DNA of 64,000 nt from Armatimonadota bacterium (GTDB lineage Bacteria; Armatimonadota; HRBIN16). How positions within the stretch are numbered: position 1 is the stretch's first letter; every line of letters begins with the position of its first letter. The stretch spans positions 544,001 through 608,000 of the forward strand of contig OY781964.1 of NCBI GenBank assembly GCA_963677485.1, in the 5' to 3' direction. The notes beneath the pieces were generated by a model, which saw only the letters and a program-made list of their open reading frames with translations, did no database searches and was not told the origin of the DNA. Of the stretch, positions 1 through 7,593 are shown piece by piece. Made by a program: the position numbers and the translations under genes.

Positions 1-1306
1 TAAACACGCCCACTCCTGATTTGTTGTGGAAGTCGGTCCAGGGTTTCAGCACGGAGCGGGTCAGCCAGGCCTTGTTTTGAACACCCCCATAGGGAAGCTG
101 CGTGTTGCGCATCGATCTGTCACTTCCCAGAACCAGTTTTCCTGGTGGAAGTCCCCATGTTGAGAAAGTCGGGAAATGCAGTGCCGGTTTACCATCAGGG
201 GCGACCATCAGCTCGGAAAATCGCAGCCAGTCCCCGCGTTCCACCCGAATAGTGAGTGTCTTGGTGCCTTTGGGGTATCGCGCGGTATAGCTGCGGTCGA
301 ACTCGTTCTGGTAGCTGTTCCACTCCGGAACACGGACCGCTTTAGTCCACTCGCCCTCGCCAGCGGTGCAGATGATGCGGTGCCGGTAAATCTCCTTGCC
401 GTCTGCGGTCATCACGATCTCCGCCTCGCTGCTGATGCAGTTAACATGGATGCCCACCTCGCCTGCCGAGGAGCTGAGACGGCTGATGTCGCACTCCAGG
501 GGGTGCTGTATCTCCGGTTTGGCGTTACCGTAGAGGTAGTTGTTCACCTGCACTGAGGGCCACTGTGGCTCCGGGAACTCGCTGGCACCAGTGACCCAAG
601 ACGTTTTGTAGTGGGTTAGACCAAAAGGCTGGTAGTTATGCATAGCCTGGGCGATCTTCAACGGCACCAGTTCTGGCACAGGTTTCGTGGCGTAGTCAAG
701 TCCATCAGCCATGATCAGTCGGTCGGGGTCTTCCTTGCGGATGGCAGACACCAAAGCCCTCACCACCTTAGCGTAGACTGAACCATCTGCGCCGGCCGGT
801 TCGTTGAACAAGTCAAAGCTGAGCAGTCGGTTAGGGATACCGGCCCATCGCCTAGCGAACATCACCCAGTGACGGCAGGAGACTTCCAGAGTGGCCGAAT
901 CGGTAAAAATGCTGGTTCTTTCTTTCTCCGTTGACACAGTATACCCAGGGATGCGGTGCAGGCACAGGTTGATGTGAACGCCATATCGGGCGCCGAATTC
1001 GATCGCACGGTCGAAGTCTTCTATCACATCGGGTTTGATCTGCAGCCAGTTTTCGGGATCGGTGTATATACGGTAATCCACCGGCAGGCGTGCGAAGTTG
1101 AAACCCCAGCGTGAGATGAGCTCGAAGTCTTGCTCAAGGAAGGGTGTGTTGCTCCAGCCAAGGATGAACCGGTTGAGCAGATTGAATCCGCGCCATCGAG
1201 GCAGCTTGGCAGCGGTGGCCTCAGGCAAGGGTGCGATATGGCTCAGCACCTCCGGCTTGATGGTATGGACGCCGATCCGCTCGGGCGATCGTGTGGATGT
1301 TTGCAT
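1..1306 (-). CDS. Glycoside hydrolase family 5 (cellulase-like), 3' end runs off the window
   Basis: Manual translation from ATG at 1306 after an AGGAGG SD gives ...LPRWRGFNLL...WGFNFARLPVDYR...HINLCLHRIPGY...SFDLFNEP. NEP is the GH5 acid/base motif. No stop before position 1, so it is absent from the ORF track. Confidence 0.85.
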   Translation of the reverse strand, partial: MQTSTRSPERIGVHTIKPEVLSHIAPLPEATAAKLPRWRGFNLLNRFILGWSNTPFLEQDFELISRWGFNFARLPVDYRIYTDPENWLQIKPDVIEDFDRAIEFGARYGVHINLCLHRIPGYTVSTEKERTSIFTDSATLEVSCRHWVMFARRWAGIPNRLLSFDLFNEPAGADGSVYAKVVRALVSAIRKEDPDRLIMADGLDYATKPVPELVPLKIAQAMHNYQPFGLTHYKTSWVTGASEFPEPQWPSVQVNNYLYGNAKPEIQHPLECDISRLSSSAGEVGIHVNCISSEAEIVMTADGKEIYRHRIICTAGEGEWTKAVRVPEWNSYQNEFDRSYTARYPKGTKTLTIRVERGDWLRFSELMVAPDGKPALHFPTFSTWGLPPGKLVLGSDRSMRNTQLPYGGVQNKAWLTRSVLKPWTDFHNKSGVGVF

Positions 1307-1335
1307 GGCCGGCTCCTCCTGTTGGTGTCATCATC

Positions 1336-1371
1336 TATCATGAGTATTGCACATAAACGTATCGGTATCCT
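1336..1371 (+). repeat. 36-bp direct repeat, copy 1 (left flank of AbiE cassette)
   Basis: tatcatgagtattgcacataaacgtatcggtatcct; matches 3017..3052 with 1 mismatch. Confidence 0.9.
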
Positions 1372-1390
1372 GCAGAGCGAAGACGGCGGG

Positions 1391-2282
1391 CTATTTCCAT
1401 TCACCATCAGACCACCCCTTATCGAGCGGATGGTTCAGAATGAGACTATCGATGATGGGTTGAAGGAATTGTGTAAGGGCAGCAAGAATAACACCGAAAT
1501 CGGCAGGTACATCGTCGCGACCGATACGTTTAACATAGGACTGCCAGTTCATCTGCTGCATTTCGGCATACTGGATGTTCAATGCATATGTGTGAGATTT
1601 AAGCTCGGTTCTACGCATGACAAACGTCATACGGACAGCATCTGCAATATCGTGGCTCGAAAACTGATGATGAGTGCTGAATAGCCAGATATCGAAATAA
1701 TCCTTCATCCGGCTGTTTGTCAGCCCATGTTGTACCATGGCATGATACTTCTCAGCTATTGCCGTTTCCATCCTATAACACATCATGAAGACAGATGGCA
1801 TATCGAGCATGGACGGCATCTCCCGCAGTTCCGGTGATGGGGGTGACGATATCATCGAACCCGATATCGACATGGATACGAAATCGAGCCAAACCCAGTG
1901 TTCCTGATATGCCAACGCGTACACCTTGGTGTTGCGCATCAACAGTGAGGGGTGAAGCGCTGACCGAATCGGTGTCGTATGACACACCATCAGCACCGAC
2001 TTCCGTTTCCGCTATCTCTTTAAAGACAGAAATGATCGAGTCTTCAGACAGGTACGTCCGGCCAAGCACGTCTATGTCCATCGTTGTGCGGTATTCTGCA
2101 AGGTTCCATACTCGGAGAAGCATGGCTCCTTTCAAGACGAAACTGTTGCTGTGTGGCGACATCGAAAGACGGTATAGGAACCTCTCCATGGCGTAAAGTT
2201 GCATCAACTCATTAAATAACCTGTGCTCAGCACGAGATATGTTGAGGATCCGCTGCTTCACCGACGCTGCGATATTCCTCAT
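1391..2282 (-). pseudogene. abiEii: AbiEii/AbiGii-family nucleotidyltransferase toxin (type IV TA), frameshifted
   Basis: N-half (ERFLYRLS, FVLKGAMLL, RTTMDID) is in ORF 1773..2291 and C-half (ETAIAEKYHAM, NSRMKDYFDIW) in ORF 1391..1996. The frames join if one base is removed from the 5-G run at 1839-1843. Confidence 0.85.
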
Positions 2283-2283
2283 G

Positions 2284-2925
2284 TCATCCACTCATCAACA
2301 TCACGAGATAGGGCATGAGGCCATTCGCCACTCGGCAAATCCGGGCACATTCCATCAGTTTATCTATGTTGAGATGCTCACTCTGCCGATAGAGTCTGAG
2401 AGCTTCTAGTACCACGTCCATTCCAATTTGGTTTCGGAATTTAAAGCAGTCTACTAGTGTTTTCTCAATGCTATAGACTTTGATGTTTACTGAACCATGT
2501 AGGTGCATTTCGATGCCTGTTTTATAACATGTATTCGAAAATCGATGCACCGATATAGGCGGGTAGTAGATACGTGGTGTAGCGGCTCCTTTTGGTAGAG
2601 CCATTGATATGCGGGAAGGAATCACAGTTGTCAGCTCATGATAGGACAATGCGGAGACCAAACAAATGACTGCATTTGGCGAGCGCAAACAGACCGTCTC
2701 CAAATCGATGTATGCCGTAATTCCGGATTCAGCTAGCCTGAAGACACCTCGCGACGGCGAGTCCAGTTGCCCTGTATCGCGCAGAGCATACAAGGTGCGC
2801 GGATGAACTCCTGATCTCAACATTGTCGCAGTACTTGCCATGTTCCCATTGCTACTGAGGATGTCCAGTGCTCGAAGCATGGCAGTTTTATTTAGTTTGG
2901 CTTGTGACATGGATATATCTCTCAT
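2284..2925 (-). CDS. abiEi: AbiEi-family antitoxin / transcriptional regulator (type IV TA)
   Basis: wHTH-like N-terminus with RGVFRL, then AVICLVSALSYHELTT and YSIEKTLVDCFKFRN; directly upstream of the AbiEii gene. Confidence 0.88.
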   Translation of the reverse strand: MRDISMSQAKLNKTAMLRALDILSSNGNMASTATMLRSGVHPRTLYALRDTGQLDSPSRGVFRLAESGITAYIDLETVCLRSPNAVICLVSALSYHELTTVIPSRISMALPKGAATPRIYYPPISVHRFSNTCYKTGIEMHLHGSVNIKVYSIEKTLVDCFKFRNQIGMDVVLEALRLYRQSEHLNIDKLMECARICRVANGLMPYLVMLMSG

Positions 2926-3016
2926 TACTTATATGATTCTATATATAATTATATCCCATTTCCGCTCATCTGCAGAATACATCGCGCACTTTCCATAGTC
3001 CGATCTGATCAGTCTT

Positions 3017-3052
3017 TATCATGAGTATTGCACATAAACGTATCGATATCCT
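3017..3052 (+). repeat. 36-bp direct repeat, copy 2 (right flank of AbiE cassette)
   Basis: tatcatgagtattgcacataaacgtatcgatatcct; matches 1336..1371. Confidence 0.9.
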
Positions 3053-3111
3053 TCATCGCAGGCAGCAACGGTCGTGGTACAATAGTACGAAAAGTACCCG
3101 AGGTGACACCC

Positions 3112-4128
3112 ATGAAACCCGCCGTAAACATAGAAACAGACACCCTGAGCCGCTGGAGCGCTCCATATAGAAACTGGCACTACTACCCCGAGTATGTGAT
3201 CCCGCAGAAGCCACAGGTGCCGGGCCACGAGGAGTTCCATAACACCGACTGCCCCACCATCTTCCAGATGCGCGAACACCCGGGAAAGTGGTTCATGAGC
3301 TACATCGGCTTCAACGGTCAAGGATACAACAGCTTTGTGGCCGAGAGCAGCGACCTGCTGCATTGGACAAACCATCGGCTGTTGATGGGATTCGGCGAGA
3401 AGGGTGAATTCGACCACGGCGGTCGGGTGCTGGGTGCCTATCTGTATCGGTCCTACGATGTGAGGGCCCCGCGGATGCTGAAGCGATACCGAGGTCTGTA
3501 TTGGAGCCTGTATGGTGCCTACCCTCTGCAGGGCGGCTATGAGCTGCGACCCGGCTCCGAAGGCGTGGCATGCAGTGAGGATGGTCTCATCTGGAAGCGT
3601 GCCAAACCGGGCACCATACTCGCTGTGTCCGATAAGGACTGCGGGGAGTGGGAGAAGGACTGCATCTACCAGCCCTGGTTAGTGGAGTACCGCGGACGCT
3701 TCTTCAACTTCTACAACGCCGCGAACGGCAGCGAAGAGCAGACCGGCATCGCCACCTCATCTGACCTCATCAACTGGAAGCGCAACCCGGCCAATCCGGT
3801 GGTGAAGGTTCGCCCTGGCGGTTACGACGAGGGCTTCGCAAGCGACCCGAAGGTGTTCCGTGACGGCGACCACTGGACGATGATCTACTTCGGAGTGGGC
3901 AAAGGCGGGGCGCATATCATGATCGCCTTCTCGCGCGACCTGATAAGCTGGACCGCCGACCCCGAGCCACTGTATAAGGCGGGTGGGAGCCCATATGGTC
4001 TGGACAAGCAGTTTGCGCACAAGATATCGCTGGTATATCACCCCAAAACAAAAGTGGGATACCTCTATTATTGTGCCGACAACAGCGCGGGCCGCGGCAT
4101 CGCGCTGCTGACTAGCGCACGGATTTAG
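3112..4128 (+). CDS. Five-bladed beta-propeller glycosidase-like protein (GH32/43/130 clan-like)
   Basis: Repeated S.DL..W blade motifs (SSDLLHW, SEDGLIW, SSDLINW, SRDLISW) and DPKVF; ATG 3112 follows a GAGGTG SD. Confidence 0.7.
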   Translation: MKPAVNIETDTLSRWSAPYRNWHYYPEYVIPQKPQVPGHEEFHNTDCPTIFQMREHPGKWFMSYIGFNGQGYNSFVAESSDLLHWTNHRLLMGFGEKGEFDHGGRVLGAYLYRSYDVRAPRMLKRYRGLYWSLYGAYPLQGGYELRPGSEGVACSEDGLIWKRAKPGTILAVSDKDCGEWEKDCIYQPWLVEYRGRFFNFYNAANGSEEQTGIATSSDLINWKRNPANPVVKVRPGGYDEGFASDPKVFRDGDHWTMIYFGVGKGGAHIMIAFSRDLISWTADPEPLYKAGGSPYGLDKQFAHKISLVYHPKTKVGYLYYCADNSAGRGIALLTSARI

Positions 4129-4137
4129 CAGGAACTG

Positions 4138-6087
4138 ATGCGAAGTATGCTACTCAGTATCTTGCTGGCGATGGGGCTGACGGCCTCCCTGGCGGCGCAG
4201 ACGCCCGAGGCGCTGGAGGTCGGGCCCACACCGATCCCCTGGTACACGGGTAATCTGAATATCTACCCCTTCATGCAAAAGTATGGCACGGTAACGGTGG
4301 AGCCGCCATCGATGGACTGGGCCAGCCCCGAGCGGCTGGCGATACTGAAGCGCATCGGAGTATTTGCGGATGTCGATATCCCATCCTGGAGTATGGTGGA
4401 GCCTGAGAAAGGCAAGTGGGATTTCGGCCGTTATCTAAAGACCGCGCAACTGCTCAAAGAGGCCGGTTTTGGGTATATCCCGTTTTGCTGGGTCCACTTT
4501 CCCCCACAGTGGTATATGGATTCGCCAGACTTCGTGCCGTATCGCTGCGCGGAGCATGGCGAGGCGCTGATGCAGCTCTCACCCTGGTCGCCGAAGATAT
4601 GGGACATCTACCGCAGCTTCTATTCTGAGCAGAAGAAGGCGATGGGCGACTACGTGAGCTGGATGCGCGTGGCCATGCCCGCGGACTACGGCGAGGTGGG
4701 GTATCCTGCGGGCATGACCAGTTGGCTGGTTCCACAGAAGCACGCACACGCAGGATTCTGGTGCGGAGACCCATACGCCATCGCCGACTTCCAGCAGCAG
4801 ATGAAGCTCAAGTTCAAGACACTGAAGGCGATCAACACCCGCTGGAGCACGGATTTCAAGCAGTGTGACCAGCTCAGCCTACCTGACACGAACGATCAGG
4901 CAGCGAGAAAACAAGCGGTGAAATCCCACAAAAGCACCGATATCAGGCGCTGGCTGGACTTCATGGATTGGTACAACGGCTTCTGGGTGCGATTCGTGCC
5001 TAAACTGTGCGGAGTGATCCGCGAGTCGTACCCGAAGCAACCGCAGGTAGTGAGCATTGGTTATGGATGCGAAAACAACAGCTACGGCAACGACATCAGC
5101 CGACTGGCGAAGATGGCTATAACCGCCAAAGTGGCCTTGCAGACGCCGGGTAACGTCAGCAACTACAGCCAAAAGCGGTTGAGCAGTGCCTGCCGGTTCT
5201 ATGGCGTGCCCTACTACACCGAACCGCCGGGTGATGTGGCGCCCGATGCGGAGATGACCCGTCTGTTCACCGACATATCCAACGGCGTGAAGGTGTTCTT
5301 TGACTATCCGCAGAACATGATTAAGGTGATACCGCAACTCCGTGAGTATAAGACATTCATGACCGGTGCGGACCCGGTGGTGGATTTTGCGATCTTCAAC
5401 AGCACCATCAGCTTCCGGCTAGACGACGTGGGCGGGTATCCCCTCCCCGCTTACCTTTTGGGCGAGACCAGCGAGCAGTATGACTTCGATGTGCTCGACG
5501 AGACGCTGATTGACGATGGTGCGCTCAAGCGCTACCGCGTGATGGCGTATGTTTACGGCAACACGACCGAGCAGAGCACACTGAAGAAGATCACCGAGTG
5601 GGTGCGTCAAGGCGGCGCGTTGGTCACATGCCAGATGGGTGAGGTTCGCAATATCGAGGGTGACAACTCAGTCTGGCGATCACTGATGCCCGCCAACCTG
5701 CCCACCGCGGCTAGTCTGCTGAAAGGTGACCGTTGGGACTGGCCGCAGGTGATCAAGCAGTGCTCGCGCCGCGTGGGCAAGGGGATTGTGATCCAACTGC
5801 CGGTCACGCCGTCGGAGATGAAGCCGCTGGTGGATGGCTGCACACAGGCGATCTACCATCTGAGTGAGGCCGGTAAGGGGTTCCGCAACGCGCCGCTGAT
5901 CGATGGCGAGCTGAACGGCTTCAACGCAGTGCTGCTGCCCGAGCGCATCGTGTTTTACTCCGTCGTCGGGGTTGATACGGTGGTGAAGCTGCGACCGGAG
6001 GACTGGGTAGGTCGCAAGTGCCCCGCGCAGTTGGAGTTCCGTTTGAAGATGGCGCCGCACAGCCTGGCTTCCGTCGATCTGCGGTAG
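4138..6087 (+). CDS. Secreted beta-galactosidase-like glycoside hydrolase (GH42/GH14-like TIM barrel plus trimerisation-like domain)
   Basis: Signal peptide; WSMVEPEKGKWDF, HFPPQW, INTRWSTDF, RRWLDFMDWY; C-terminal FDVLDE..I....LKRYRV. Confidence 0.7.
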   Translation: MRSMLLSILLAMGLTASLAAQTPEALEVGPTPIPWYTGNLNIYPFMQKYGTVTVEPPSMDWASPERLAILKRIGVFADVDIPSWSMVEPEKGKWDFGRYLKTAQLLKEAGFGYIPFCWVHFPPQWYMDSPDFVPYRCAEHGEALMQLSPWSPKIWDIYRSFYSEQKKAMGDYVSWMRVAMPADYGEVGYPAGMTSWLVPQKHAHAGFWCGDPYAIADFQQQMKLKFKTLKAINTRWSTDFKQCDQLSLPDTNDQAARKQAVKSHKSTDIRRWLDFMDWYNGFWVRFVPKLCGVIRESYPKQPQVVSIGYGCENNSYGNDISRLAKMAITAKVALQTPGNVSNYSQKRLSSACRFYGVPYYTEPPGDVAPDAEMTRLFTDISNGVKVFFDYPQNMIKVIPQLREYKTFMTGADPVVDFAIFNSTISFRLDDVGGYPLPAYLLGETSEQYDFDVLDETLIDDGALKRYRVMAYVYGNTTEQSTLKKITEWVRQGGALVTCQMGEVRNIEGDNSVWRSLMPANLPTAASLLKGDRWDWPQVIKQCSRRVGKGIVIQLPVTPSEMKPLVDGCTQAIYHLSEAGKGFRNAPLIDGELNGFNAVLLPERIVFYSVVGVDTVVKLRPEDWVGRKCPAQLEFRLKMAPHSLASVDLR

Positions 6088-6105
6088 AGGCGAGGTGGAA
6101 TTGAG

Positions 6106-6165
6106 GTAGGGGCGAGGTCACCTCGCCCTGGGGCAAGCACAGGGGCGAGGTGACCTCGCCCCTAC
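6106..6165. repeat. REP doublet (GTAG-type palindromes in inverted orientation)
   Basis: gtaggggcgaggtcacctcgccct ... aggggcgaggtgacctcgcccctac, between convergent genes. Confidence 0.8.
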
Positions 6166-6175
6166 AGGTGGGATC

Positions 6176-6997
6176 CTATGCCGGCAGCAGTGTCATGCCG
6201 TTGACCCGCTGCAGCAGCATCTGCTCTATATTGAAGAAGCCCGTCTTGCCCATAATCCACTCGGCGGCATCCAGCGCCCCTTCGGCAAAGGCGGCTCGGT
6301 CGATCACACGGTGGGTGATGGTCAGCTCATCGGTGTCGCTGGCAAGAAGCAGCTCATGCTCACCATAGATACCGCCGGCCCGAACACTATGAACCCCTAC
6401 CTCACCGGTCTTGCGTGATCCCAGACCACTCCGTCCCTGCAACACATACCCAGAATCTCTCGCGGCCGCCATCTGGTTTGCGAGGCGGGCAGCGGTACCG
6501 CTGGGTGCATCCCGTTTATAACGGTGATGCCGCTCCGTGATCTCGATGTCGTAGTTGGGCAATAGCTGAGCGGCAATCCGAGCCAGCAACATCAGCACGT
6601 TAACTCCCATGGTGATGTTCGGCGCGAACACCACGCCCGTGGGGGTGCAGTCCTGAAGCTGTTCAATCTGTTCTGGGCTGAAGCCGGTGGTGCCCACCAC
6701 CATCTTTGTGTTGGTGCTGCGGCAGCAGCGAAGCAGTCGAAGGGTGTTGGCTGGGCGGGTGAAGTCAATCAGCACATCGGGCTTATGCTTCTCGAGCATT
6801 TCGATTGTCTGGTGGGCCGAATGCACGGCCACCCCGGCGGGCTCCATACCAAGCAAAAGACCTAAATCCTGGCCTGATTTGCTGGAATGAGGTCCGGCAG
6901 CCGCCATGACCAGTTCGAAACGGTGGGAGTTTTTGAGTAGATGTCGGGCAACAACGCATCCGGTCAGCCCGAGGCCAACCATGGCAACGGTGATCAT
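6176..6997 (-). CDS. dapB: 4-hydroxy-tetrahydrodipicolinate reductase
   Basis: DVLIDFT, VVGTTG, APNITMGVN, ERHHRYKRDAPSGTA, HSVRAG, R.AFAEGAL.AA.W. Confidence 0.95.
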   Translation of the reverse strand: MITVAMVGLGLTGCVVARHLLKNSHRFELVMAAAGPHSSKSGQDLGLLLGMEPAGVAVHSAHQTIEMLEKHKPDVLIDFTRPANTLRLLRCCRSTNTKMVVGTTGFSPEQIEQLQDCTPTGVVFAPNITMGVNVLMLLARIAAQLLPNYDIEITERHHRYKRDAPSGTAARLANQMAAARDSGYVLQGRSGLGSRKTGEVGVHSVRAGGIYGEHELLLASDTDELTITHRVIDRAAFAEGALDAAEWIMGKTGFFNIEQMLLQRVNGMTLLPA

Positions 6998-7006
6998 TTA
7001 TCTTTA

Positions 7007-7132
7007 CCTCTCTTGGCGCTGACGAGGTTAGCTGACGGATTAGGACAGGAGGCTGCCCCGCCTTGGTTGCCCAAGACTACACCCCAGTAACACGGTTCCC
7101 CCGCTCCTGCAATGCAGGATTAAGCGCATCTG
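7007..7132 (-). promoter_or_regulatory. c-di-AMP (ydaO/yuaA) riboswitch in the dapB leader
   Basis: Minus strand reads GCGCTTAATCC..GG AGCGGGGGAACC..GGGGTGTAGTC..GGCGGGG..CCTAATCCGTCAGCTAACCTCGTCAGCGC..AGAGAGG, with all conserved ydaO blocks in order. Confidence 0.88.
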
Positions 7133-7203
7133 TTCAGATGATTAGACGGGTGACGGGCGGACAAGTTACGGGGCAATTGACAGTTGCCAATTGGCAATGG
7201 ATA

Positions 7204-7552
7204 GTAACTACTCAGCCATAGACGGCACTGTCCGTGGCGGTCTGTCAGTACGCTAACAACTACAGAAAGATACAGACCGCGCCGGTCTGGCGGATAGCCG
7301 AACCTGTCGCAATGAGGCTACTGGCTCATATCGCAGGTGGACGGCCACGCTGCCGCGGGTTTAGTCACCCACGGACTGGCGTCCGTATCGGGGTTCCCTC
7401 ACCGCGTGGCTAACTATTTGCAGCCCGCATGCGGGCGCCCGGGGGGTGTCCGAAAGGCGTCCGCTTCAGCGGACAGCCAACTGATTAGCGATGGGTGACA
7501 AGGCCTGCTTTAGCAGGTTGATGGAACCCGTCGCTAATGGCTGAGTAGTTAC
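7204..7552. mobile_element. Non-autonomous MITE, 349 bp
   Basis: Perfect 16-bp terminal inverted repeats gtaactactcagccat / atggctgagtagttac; flanks aatggata / aatggaca (7 of 8 identical, TSD-like); internal short palindromes; no ORF. Confidence 0.8.
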
Positions 7553-7593
7553 AATGGACAAGGGACAATTGATATCGAAACAATTGTTAATTG

